Positions 55,344 to 63,290 of a stretch of 64,000 bases of DNA are shown one piece after another. Source of the DNA: Deltaproteobacteria bacterium. Lineage in GTDB: Bacteria > Desulfobacterota > GWC2-55-46. Within the stretch, counting starts at the first letter, position 1. Every line of letters begins with the position of its first letter. Both the position numbers and the translations under genes were made by a program. The stretch spans positions 129,472-193,471 of the forward strand of contig JACRNL010000011.1 of NCBI GenBank assembly GCA_016234935.1, read 5' to 3'. The notes under the pieces were generated by a model. It had not been told where the DNA came from and made no database searches. It saw nothing but the letters and a program-made list of their open reading frames with translations.

Positions 55344-56945
55344 ATGGATAATGCGGGTGAGGCCGTCTATTACAGAAATAAAGTTCGCGGCAGAGCCGGC
55401 GTCAGGCAATGGATATTTTCAACCGACCATAAGCGCATAGGCGTTTTATACCTCGTCTCGGTTCTGGCCATGTTTTCGAGCGGCGTAGTCCTCGGCGTTC
55501 TTATGAGGCTGGAACTTCTAACGCCCGGGCCGACCCTGATGGGGCCGCAGACCTATAATTCCATGTTCACGCTTCACGGCGTGATAATGCTCTTTCTCTT
55601 TATCATCCCTGCCGCCCCCGGTGTGTTCGGAAACTTCTTCCTGCCCATACTCATCGGCGCAAACGACGTGGCCTTTCCGCGCCTGAACCTCCTTTCATGG
55701 TGGTTTTACATGGCAGGCGCGGCCATTGCCGTGGCTTCTATTTTAATCGGCGCGGGGCCGCCGGACACGGGCTGGACGTTTTACGCTCCGTACAGCCTCT
55801 TCACCGGGCAGGACGTTTCATTGGCCCTTTTTGCCGTCTTCGTGCTCGGCCTTTCGTCGGTGCTGACGGGCATAAATTTTATCGTCACAGTGCACAACAT
55901 GCGCGCGCCCGGCATGGGCTGGTTCAGGATGCCTCTGTTCGTGTGGTCTATCTACGCCACGGCGTGGATACAGGCCCTTGCCACGCCAGTTGTCGGCACG
56001 ACCTTTTTACTGGTGATAGCCGAAAGGTTTTTCGGCATAGGCGTATTCGATCCTGCAAAGGGAGGAGACCCGATACTGTATCAGCACCTTTTCTGGATAT
56101 ACTCCCATCCGGCGGTCTATATAATGATACTGCCGGCAATGGGGATTATCACCGAGATAATCCCCGTATTTGCCCGAAAGACGGTCTTCGGCTACCGGGC
56201 GATAGCGTATTCAAGCCTTGCGATAGCAGGGGTGGGCTCCCTCGTGTGGGGCCATCACATGTTCGTAAGCGGCTACTCCTACACGGCAGGGGTGCTCTTT
56301 TCGTTCTTTACCTTCCTCGTGGCCATACCGAGCGCGGTAAAGGTTTTTAATTGGATCGCCACCCTTCATAAAGGCTCGATAGTCTTTTCCACCCCCATGC
56401 TCTACGCCTTTTGCTTCATCTTCCTTTTTTCCATCGGAGGGCTGACCGGGCTTATGCTCGGCGCGCTTTCTATGAACGTCGTTTTGCACGGCACGTATTT
56501 TGTGGTGGGCCACTTCCACTACGTCAAGTTCGGCGGCGCGGGGTTTGCCTTTTTCGCGGGGCTTCATTATTGGTTCCCTAAGATGTCCGGCAGGCTCTAT
56601 AGCCGGATGAGGGCCAATATCGCGCTGTTTCTGTTGTTTGCCGGCTTTAACATGTTGTACTTTCCGATGTTCATCCTCGGCATCGAGGGCATGCCGAGGA
56701 GATACTTTGACGCTTTGCCGCAGTATCATTTCTGGCAGGCAGTGTCCATCGCGGGCTCGTGGGTGCTGGCGGCAGGCATTATACTGATGCTGGCCAATCT
56801 CGTCCACGCGCTTTTCAGGGGAGAAAAGGCCCCTGAAAACCCGTGGGCAGGGGCGACGCTTGAGTGGACTATCCCGTCACCGCCTGCCCATGAGAACTTC
56901 GTGAAAATCCCTGAGATAAGGCGCGGGCCGTATGATTACCGGTAG
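55344..56945 (+). CDS. ctaD: Cytochrome c oxidase subunit I (heme-copper oxidase, A-type)
   Basis: 533 aa, 12 TM. Conserved His ligands and WFFGHPEVY-equivalent region (FWIYSHPAVYIMILP), GHHMF. Confidence 0.9.
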   Translation: MDNAGEAVYYRNKVRGRAGVRQWIFSTDHKRIGVLYLVSVLAMFSSGVVLGVLMRLELLTPGPTLMGPQTYNSMFTLHGVIMLFLFIIPAAPGVFGNFFLPILIGANDVAFPRLNLLSWWFYMAGAAIAVASILIGAGPPDTGWTFYAPYSLFTGQDVSLALFAVFVLGLSSVLTGINFIVTVHNMRAPGMGWFRMPLFVWSIYATAWIQALATPVVGTTFLLVIAERFFGIGVFDPAKGGDPILYQHLFWIYSHPAVYIMILPAMGIITEIIPVFARKTVFGYRAIAYSSLAIAGVGSLVWGHHMFVSGYSYTAGVLFSFFTFLVAIPSAVKVFNWIATLHKGSIVFSTPMLYAFCFIFLFSIGGLTGLMLGALSMNVVLHGTYFVVGHFHYVKFGGAGFAFFAGLHYWFPKMSGRLYSRMRANIALFLLFAGFNMLYFPMFILGIEGMPRRYFDALPQYHFWQAVSIAGSWVLAAGIILMLANLVHALFRGEKAPENPWAGATLEWTIPSPPAHENFVKIPEIRRGPYDYR

Positions 56946-56961
56946 ACGCGGCGAGGAAGAT

Positions 56962-57573
56962 ATGGGCAAAACAGGCGTTAGAGACGATGCGCGCGGCGCG
57001 GCGGCTCGCCTGGGCATGTGGCTTTTTATAGCCACGGAGGCCTTTTTCTTCCTGGCTCCGCTTCTCCTTTATGCCGCGTATCGATACAGGTATGCATATG
57101 ATTTTCGCGCCGCGGGAGGAGAGCTTAACCTTTTTACCGGCGCGGCCAACACCGCCGTGCTTCTTACGAGTTCCCTTACCATGGCCCTCGCGGTCAATGC
57201 GGGGCAAAGGGGGGATAAGAGGCTTACGGCTGTCCTGCTCGCGGCGACGATTATCCTTGGGTCTGTCTTTCTCGTGATTAAGTATTTCGAATGGACAGCC
57301 AAGATATCCCACGGCATCTATCCAAATTCCGAAACGTTTTCAGGCCGCGCGCGCGGCGAGGTGATATTCTGGGGGCTTTATTTTTTTATTACCGGCCTTC
57401 ACGGCCTCCACGTGTTCATCGGCGTATGCCTTTTAACGGTCATGCTTTTTATGAGGCTTGCCAACGCGTCCGGAGGGAGATACCCGGCGAGGCTTGAGAA
57501 CTGCGGCCTCTACTGGCATGCCGTAGACGTCATCTGGATATATATTTTCCCGTTTTTCTATCTTATGGGATAG
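56962..57573 (+). CDS. ctaE: Cytochrome c oxidase subunit III
   Basis: GLYWHAVDVIWIYIFPFFYL signature. About 5 TM. Start at ATG 56962. Confidence 0.85.
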   Translation: MGKTGVRDDARGAAARLGMWLFIATEAFFFLAPLLLYAAYRYRYAYDFRAAGGELNLFTGAANTAVLLTSSLTMALAVNAGQRGDKRLTAVLLAATIILGSVFLVIKYFEWTAKISHGIYPNSETFSGRARGEVIFWGLYFFITGLHGLHVFIGVCLLTVMLFMRLANASGGRYPARLENCGLYWHAVDVIWIYIFPFFYLMG

Positions 57574-57579
57574 GAGATT

Positions 57580-57861
57580 GTGATGGAGAGAAAGGCTGAT
57601 TATAAGAGCCTTATTATTGTTTGGGCGGGACTAATATTGCTCACGTGGCTTTCTGCCGGCGTCTCCGGCGCCGGCCTTGCGGCGGAGGCGCGTGTGGCTG
57701 TGCCGCTGCTTATCGCAATGCTCAAGGCGTCTTTGGTCTTTTACTTCTTCATGCGCTTCAGGGTGGGCGGGGAGATATTCTGGGTGGTGCTTCCGGCAGG
57801 GCTGATAACGGTAATAATCATTACGCTTCTTGTATTTTCCGACGTGGGTTACAGGTATTGA
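57580..57861 (+). CDS. Prokaryotic cytochrome c oxidase subunit IV (CoxD-like), 93 aa, 3 TM
   Basis: Size, position after subunit III and three hydrophobic helices. Confidence 0.65.
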   Translation: MMERKADYKSLIIVWAGLILLTWLSAGVSGAGLAAEARVAVPLLIAMLKASLVFYFFMRFRVGGEIFWVVLPAGLITVIIITLLVFSDVGYRY

Positions 57862-57906
57862 AGACGCATTGACATTTACGCCGCTAAAAGGCCGGCGGTA
57901 AAAGAG

Positions 57907-58524
57907 GTGCTTTTAAGAATGCTGTTAAGCCAGGCAAGCAATATAGGAAAACTCACTGACGGCGCGTTCATGGCAATTACTGCCATTTGCGTGGCGCTTT
58001 TCCTGACAATAAATATCATTATGCTGTATTTCGCCGTTAAATACAGGAGATCCAGGCATCCGCAAAGCGCGGATATTGATGGAAGCGTTCTGCTGGAGCT
58101 TGCATGGACGGTCATCCCGGCGGCCCTTGTCGTGTTCATGTTTTACCTTGGGCTTAAGGGCTACGCCATCCGGAAGGACGCGCCCGGAGACGCGCTCGCG
58201 GTGAATGTGCGCGGGCAGATGTGGTCATGGATATTTCAGTATGCCAACGGCAAGGAAAGCAGCGCTCTGGCATTGCCCCTTAACAGGGCCGTGAAGTTCA
58301 ATCTGACCTCCGGCGACGTCATCCACAGCTTTTTCATCCCTGCGTTCGGGATAAAGGGGGACGTGGTCCCGGGCAGGCAAAACACCCTCTGGGCCGTCCC
58401 GATTGAAAAGGGTTCTTTTGACGTCTTTTGCACGGAATACTGCGGCGCCGGACATTCGATTATGCTGTCAAAGGCTGTTGTGATGGACGAAAAGGATTTC
58501 GAGGAGTGGTATGGGGCGCGGTGA
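57907..58524 (+). CDS. ctaC: Cytochrome c oxidase subunit II (CuA cupredoxin)
   Basis: Two TM helices, then a cupredoxin domain with CuA motif H...CTEYCGAGHSIM. No fused cytochrome c domain. Confidence 0.85.
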   Translation: MLLRMLLSQASNIGKLTDGAFMAITAICVALFLTINIIMLYFAVKYRRSRHPQSADIDGSVLLELAWTVIPAALVVFMFYLGLKGYAIRKDAPGDALAVNVRGQMWSWIFQYANGKESSALALPLNRAVKFNLTSGDVIHSFFIPAFGIKGDVVPGRQNTLWAVPIEKGSFDVFCTEYCGAGHSIMLSKAVVMDEKDFEEWYGAR

Positions 58525-58550
58525 GATATTTTCCGGCAAGGTTGAAAAAA

Positions 58551-58625
58551 TGGAGGCGGCGAGCGGACTCGAACCGCTGAATCGCAGTTTTGCAGACTGC
58601 TCCCTTGCCACTTGGGTACGCCGCC
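58551..58625 (-). tRNA. tRNA-Cys (anticodon GCA)
   Basis: Reverse complement folds as: acceptor GGCGGCG/CGCCGCC; anticodon stem GCAGT/ACTGC with loop CUGCAAA; T-arm AGCGG-TTCGAGT-CCGCT; discriminator U73; encoded CCA. Confidence 0.85.
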
Positions 58626-58747
58626 GTTTGTTTATCCTGTAATCACTATAAACAGCGGCAATGAACTTTGTCAAGACTTAAAGTTTTTTGCGAGTCTCGC
58701 GCTGCACATTTTTGTTTTTTAAGATATACTCGTATTGAACAAGGTCG

Positions 58748-58788
58748 CCCCTTGAAGGGGTTCAACCCCCTGAGGGCGGTTCAACGCC
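58748..58788. repeat. Repeat family R1 copy
   Basis: ccccttgaaggggttcaaccccctgagggcggttcaacgccg. Confidence 0.8.
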
Positions 58789-59017
58789 GCAACCATACAC
58801 CATCCAGTTCATCTGCGTCAAAACACACCTTAGATCATCTCCGATAGGCATTTCACATGGGCACTGCTGCGTTCCCGGCGCCTTGCAAGCGGTTTTGCCG
58901 CGGCCGAATGAACCGGCCTGTGCAAACGCCCCCACCCTGCCCTCCCCCATCAAGGGGGAGGAGATAAGGAAGTGGTCATCTGAACGCGGGGTTTTAATCC
59001 ACCACAGTCCCCCTTAG

Positions 59018-59036
59018 AAAAAAAAAGGGGGGGGGG
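59018..59036. repeat. Homopolymeric tract A9G10, 45 nt upstream of the HAMP gene start
   Basis: gaaaaaaaaagggggggggg, seen directly. Confidence 0.9.
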
Positions 59037-59047
59037 AAGCCTAAATT

Positions 59048-59068
59048 CCCCTCTTTTCTAAAGAGGGG
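59048..59068 (+). promoter_or_regulatory. Perfect 9-bp-stem, 3-nt-loop hairpin (cccctcttt-tct-aaagagggg) in the 5' leader, 12 nt before ATG 59081
   Basis: Seen directly. Confidence 0.6.
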
Positions 59069-59080
59069 TTAGGGGAGATT

Positions 59081-59689
59081 ATGGGAAAAAAGAAAAAAGA
59101 AGCTTCCGTAATAGACCGTGCCTTCAAGATACGCTTCGGCGTGAAGCTGTGCCTGTTTGCCACGTCGGCGCTTCTGGCGGCGACGGCCTTTGTGTATTCC
59201 GTCACCTCTCAAAAGCTCGGCGGCGGCTATGCCGAGGCTGTCTACACGATAGCAAATCTCAAGGTGAAAATCTTTCCGCTTATCTTCGCTTCGCTCTACA
59301 CGGCAGGGATACTTGCTTTTGCAACTATCTCCATCGCGGTTATCTCCGTATTTTTTTCACACAGGATAGCCGGACCCATCTACCGCATGGAAAGGAGCCT
59401 GGAGGCCATTGAGTCAGGAGACCTCACGACCACGACGAAGCTCCGCTCCGGGGATCAGCTTATGCCTGTTGCCGAGGATATGAACGGGATGGTCAGGGCG
59501 CTTAACCACAGGGTGAAAAGCATGCAAGAAGCCCTCGACGAGATTAAGGGCGACGCCCAAAGGCTTTCGGCCCTTTTGCAGGAAGAAGGACTCGCGGCCG
59601 GAGGCGCAATGGAAAAGGCAGAGGCGCTTAAAGGCGGCGTTGAGAAGCTTAAAAAATCCTCTGTGGTCGTGAAACCGAAGGAATATTAA
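59081..59689 (+). CDS. Membrane protein with 2 TM + HAMP domain + C-terminal coiled coil, no output domain
   Basis: Two TM helices, HAMP-like HRIAGPIYRMERSLEAIESGDLTTTTKL...NGMVRALNHRV, then a helical E/K-rich tail. Confidence 0.65.
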   Translation: MGKKKKEASVIDRAFKIRFGVKLCLFATSALLAATAFVYSVTSQKLGGGYAEAVYTIANLKVKIFPLIFASLYTAGILAFATISIAVISVFFSHRIAGPIYRMERSLEAIESGDLTTTTKLRSGDQLMPVAEDMNGMVRALNHRVKSMQEALDEIKGDAQRLSALLQEEGLAAGGAMEKAEALKGGVEKLKKSSVVVKPKEY

Positions 59690-59690
59690 G

Positions 59691-60494
59691 GTGAAGAAGT
59701 TTTGGCTCATTACGCTCCTGCTGGCGGTTATAGCGCTGTTCGGGGTTTCCGACAGGTTTGTTTCCTCCATATGGCTGAGCTACCACAGTTTCGAGGGCAG
59801 ATGTAATGACTGCCATCTTGTCGTGCCAAAGCCCGGCGAAGGGCCGGGCACGCTTATGAAGAACGTAACCGTCCTTTGCACCTCCTGCCACGCGGAGATC
59901 AAGAATTTTTCGCATCCGGTTGACATGGCGCCGTCCATGCCGGTGCCGGTAAACTTTCCGCTGGACTGGAAAGGGACGGTAACGTGCGTGACGTGCCATC
60001 CCGTCCATGACTACGGACACGGCGAGGCCCATTTAAGGAGCGCTGCGTCGGGCGAGGGGTTTTGCGCGAACTGCCACGGCGATATTGATTCAAAGATGCA
60101 CGCTGCGTCCATCGGCACCGCACACCTATCGGCTTTTCAGGCGGACAGATTCGTAAGGACGCAGGCATCTGTCGATGAGCTTTCCCTTAAGTGCCTCTCC
60201 TGCCACGACTCCCTTGTGGGAAGAGGCGTAGAGGTCGAAAGCAAGGCCGCGACCGAGGGTTACCATGAGGCAAACCAGATAGGGCTTTCTCATCCCATCG
60301 GAGTGTCTTACCTTGAGGCAAAGCGGCTTTATTTTGGCGCGTACAGGGACATTGACAAATTGCCGCCGGAGATACATCTTTTCGGGGGCGTTATAGGCTG
60401 CGGCACGTGCCACGACCCGTATTCAAAGCGGCATTATGAGCTTGTCATGTCGAACGAGATAAGCGCCCTGTGCCTTGCGTGCCATGTAAAGTAG
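59691..60494 (+). CDS. Multiheme c-type cytochrome (7 CxxCH motifs)
   Basis: CNDCH, CTSCH, CVTCH, CANCH, CLSCH, CGTCH, CLACH. Signal peptide. GTG start. Confidence 0.85.
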   Translation: MKKFWLITLLLAVIALFGVSDRFVSSIWLSYHSFEGRCNDCHLVVPKPGEGPGTLMKNVTVLCTSCHAEIKNFSHPVDMAPSMPVPVNFPLDWKGTVTCVTCHPVHDYGHGEAHLRSAASGEGFCANCHGDIDSKMHAASIGTAHLSAFQADRFVRTQASVDELSLKCLSCHDSLVGRGVEVESKAATEGYHEANQIGLSHPIGVSYLEAKRLYFGAYRDIDKLPPEIHLFGGVIGCGTCHDPYSKRHYELVMSNEISALCLACHVK

Positions 60495-60612
60495 GGTGCC
60501 GGGCAATTTTATTAATAGCGCTTTAATACTGCTTTAATGACTCTGTATTAATATGTGTTGACGTCTTAATGGGTTGATTTTTTCCATTAACTATGTTAAT
60601 TTTTAAGGGCGT

Positions 60613-61230
60613 ATGAAAAAAGGCCAATATCCGAAATACAGGAGACGTAATTTTTTCATCAAGAGGCATTTGCAGGGAAAGTTTGTGGCAGGGTTTACAA
60701 TCTTCGTGCTCGCGGGGATAATACTGAACCTGCTGCTTGCGTATTACCTGATAGACTCGCGCCTCACTGAGGAGATATACAGGATACATCTAACGGTAAG
60801 GTCGACCTCGGAGCTGGCGTGGCCGGTGCTTTGGAAGCTTTCGCTCGTGACGGTATGCGTGGGTTTTTTCGCGGCCGTCGGCATAGGATACCACCTGACG
60901 CGCCGGGTCGAGGTGCCTGTTCTGGATTTTATTGGAAGCGTCAGAAGCGCCGCCGGCGCGGACTTCTCGAACAGGTTCGCCAAGACGGGATTTAACGGCC
61001 TGGAAGACCTGCGCGTCTTCTATAACAGGATGGCGCATTCTATCGAAAAAAGGCTCTGTGCCGTCCATGATTCGGCGGTGGAAATGGGAAAGAGCTGTGA
61101 GAAAGTCAGCCGCCTGGCCGCCAAAAAGGCCTTGATGCGGGCTGATATTGAAGAGTTGAGAAAAGAGCTCATGGGCATCGAAGGCGCCGAGTTGAAGGCG
61201 CGCAGGGAATTGGCGCGATTCAAGGTTTAA
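60613..61230 (+). CDS. Membrane 2 TM + HAMP + coiled-coil protein (paralog of 59081-59689)
   Basis: Same architecture. HAMP-like YHLTRRVEVPVLDFIGSVRSAAGADFSNRF...LRVFYNRMAHSI. Confidence 0.6.
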   Translation: MKKGQYPKYRRRNFFIKRHLQGKFVAGFTIFVLAGIILNLLLAYYLIDSRLTEEIYRIHLTVRSTSELAWPVLWKLSLVTVCVGFFAAVGIGYHLTRRVEVPVLDFIGSVRSAAGADFSNRFAKTGFNGLEDLRVFYNRMAHSIEKRLCAVHDSAVEMGKSCEKVSRLAAKKALMRADIEELRKELMGIEGAELKARRELARFKV

Positions 61231-61275
61231 AGCCGGCACGCGCCGGTACGAGAAAAAACGTATTGAGGGCTTAGC

Positions 61276-62403
61276 ATGAGAAAGGCCGTGTATGTATTCA
61301 TGTTGTTGCTTCTTATGGCGCCGGCTTTCGCCGGGACGCTTCATGCGGGCGACTGGCCGATGTTCCTGAAAGACGGGGAGCATTCATCCTATGCCGATGA
61401 CGCGCCCCTTCCGCCGTATGACGTAAAGTGGCGCTTCAGCGCGAAAGGGCCGTTCTATTCCTCTCCCATCGTCTACAAGAAAAAGGTTTTTGCCGGTTCC
61501 TACGACAAAAATATGTATGCCCTTGACGCCGGCACCGGCAAGGTTGTCTGGAGCTTTGTCTCGGAGGACGCTATACTCGGCACTCCTGCCGCGTTCAAGG
61601 ACGCCGTCTACTTCGCCACGAAGGCCGGTAAGGTCTACGCCCTTGCCGTTGACACCGGAAAGCTCATCTGGACCTTCGATGCCGAAGCGGGCGTGATGAC
61701 CTCTCTGCTCGTTGTGGACGATATCGTCTATTTCGGCGCGCAGGACCTTTATTTATATGCCGTTGACGCTAAGAGCGGCAAGCGCCTCTGGCGCCTGCGC
61801 GTGCCTGACACAAGCATATACAGCGGGATATATTCCTCTCCGGTGTATTATGGCGGGTCGGTGTTGGTTTCCGGGAAGAACGGGATCATATACTCGGTCG
61901 AGGCCAAGAGCATGGCGAGGAATTGGTCTAAGAGGGTTATGGCCGCAATGTACTCTTCCCCTGTCGTAAAAGACGGCGTAGTATATGTTTCCACCTACGG
62001 GAAAAAGATGTTCGCGCTGGACGTCAAGACAGGCAAGAACGTCTGGCAAAGGGAGCTTGAGGGCGAGTTTACGTATGCCTCGCCGGTAGTTATAAACGGC
62101 CGCGTATATCAAGGGCTTAAAAACGGCCATATAATGGTGCTTGATACGGCCAAGGGTCTTGTTAAGGGCAATATAAATCTGGGCGCCGCGGTTGATGCCA
62201 CTCCTGTCGGCACATCTTCCGGCATGCTTTTAGCCGGGTGTGCCGACGGGATGTTTTATGCGCTTGACGCGGCAAGCGGCGCCGTCAAGTGGAAGTTCGA
62301 AACCGATGGGGCCATTCATGCGTCTCCCGCGGTCGCAGGGGACGCCATATACGTCTCCACGGTGGAAGGCAGCCTCTACGCTTTTACGCCGCAAAAAAAA
62401 TAA
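61276..62403 (+). CDS. PQQ-like (BamB-type) beta-propeller repeat protein, secreted
   Basis: Signal peptide. Repeated ...G.VY.G..DG.LYALDA.TGK..W... blades (about 8). Confidence 0.8.
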   Translation: MRKAVYVFMLLLLMAPAFAGTLHAGDWPMFLKDGEHSSYADDAPLPPYDVKWRFSAKGPFYSSPIVYKKKVFAGSYDKNMYALDAGTGKVVWSFVSEDAILGTPAAFKDAVYFATKAGKVYALAVDTGKLIWTFDAEAGVMTSLLVVDDIVYFGAQDLYLYAVDAKSGKRLWRLRVPDTSIYSGIYSSPVYYGGSVLVSGKNGIIYSVEAKSMARNWSKRVMAAMYSSPVVKDGVVYVSTYGKKMFALDVKTGKNVWQRELEGEFTYASPVVINGRVYQGLKNGHIMVLDTAKGLVKGNINLGAAVDATPVGTSSGMLLAGCADGMFYALDAASGAVKWKFETDGAIHASPAVAGDAIYVSTVEGSLYAFTPQKK

Positions 62404-62426
62404 CGGTATTTGAGAGAGTGTTAGGC

Positions 62427-63041
62427 ATGACCGCATCTAAAAAAATATCGGTGTTTATCCTGCCTTTTGTCCTTGCCGCATGCGCGGCGGCGTTTGCCGC
62501 CGGCGTCTCATCGGCGGCGGATGCCCCGGCTGTTCCTGCTGCCGCGCCTAAGCCTCCGTATACCGCCATTGAAGCGGTAACAACGATCATAGACCCGCAC
62601 ACGCAGATAAGCGACGAGGGACATATCCTCTGGGAAAAATGCATAATCTGCCACAGGAATGTGCCGGACTTGAAGAAAGAGAAGTCCATAAGCGACGTAA
62701 CGCTCCGTTATGCAAATGAAATGAAGGATCTGTGTCTTGGATGTCATATTGACAGGAAGCACCCCGGGACAGAAGGCGCAAGCGTCATGATGAGCGCCGC
62801 GGAGGCGCCGGATCATCTTGTCGTGCCTTCCCAGACAGTCAAGCAGAATTTGCGTCTCATGCTCAAAAGCACTCCTACGATATTCCCGTTTGATCCCAAG
62901 ACAGGAAAGGTCACATGCGTTACCTGCCACAATCCTCACGAAAAGGGTCTGCAGTCGGGCAAAGCCGGCTGGGGGGCCGGCTCTTTCAAGAGGCTTCGCG
63001 CCGAAGGTGATGATATCTGCCAATACTGCCACAGGAAATAA
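62427..63041 (+). CDS. Multiheme c-type cytochrome (4 CxxCH motifs)
   Basis: CIICH, CLGCH, CVTCH, CQYCH. Signal peptide MTASKKISVFILPFVLAACAAAFA. Confidence 0.8.
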   Translation: MTASKKISVFILPFVLAACAAAFAAGVSSAADAPAVPAAAPKPPYTAIEAVTTIIDPHTQISDEGHILWEKCIICHRNVPDLKKEKSISDVTLRYANEMKDLCLGCHIDRKHPGTEGASVMMSAAEAPDHLVVPSQTVKQNLRLMLKSTPTIFPFDPKTGKVTCVTCHNPHEKGLQSGKAGWGAGSFKRLRAEGDDICQYCHRK

Positions 63042-63290
63042 TGCGTGACGGCAATCCCGAATGCTTATGAGGCGGCGTTTTTGGCGGCCATGGCGCATTA
63101 TGGTTTCTATATTAAACTGATGCGTTTCACCGGCGCCAGTGCTTAAGAGGCCTAATAAATGCGCATGGGCGGAAAAAAAATCTCATACCCCCGCTTAAGA
63201 CCCACGCTTAAGCTTGCCCTCGAATGTTTCTATCGGGGGACACGCGAGGGCAGCCCAGCATCGCTTTCCGTTACCGGCAGGCGCAGGAAA

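Noticed and set aside
55697-56350. 217-aa plus-strand ORF in an alternative frame inside coxA, plus many 60-150-aa ORFs nested in other genes (for example 167-403, 1286-1984, 5366-5674, 46726-47391)
   Set aside because: All lie within or antisense to genes with strong family signatures. They are Arg/Pro/Ala-rich frame artefacts of GC-rich sequence.
63159-63290. Extending the NHL lipoprotein gene upstream to ATG 63159 or 63165
   Set aside because: The extension would translate through the R3/R4 repeat elements and place about 40 non-signal residues before the lipoprotein signal peptide. The GTG at 63291, directly before the R-(hydrophobic)-LVFSGC signal, fits better but remains uncertain.
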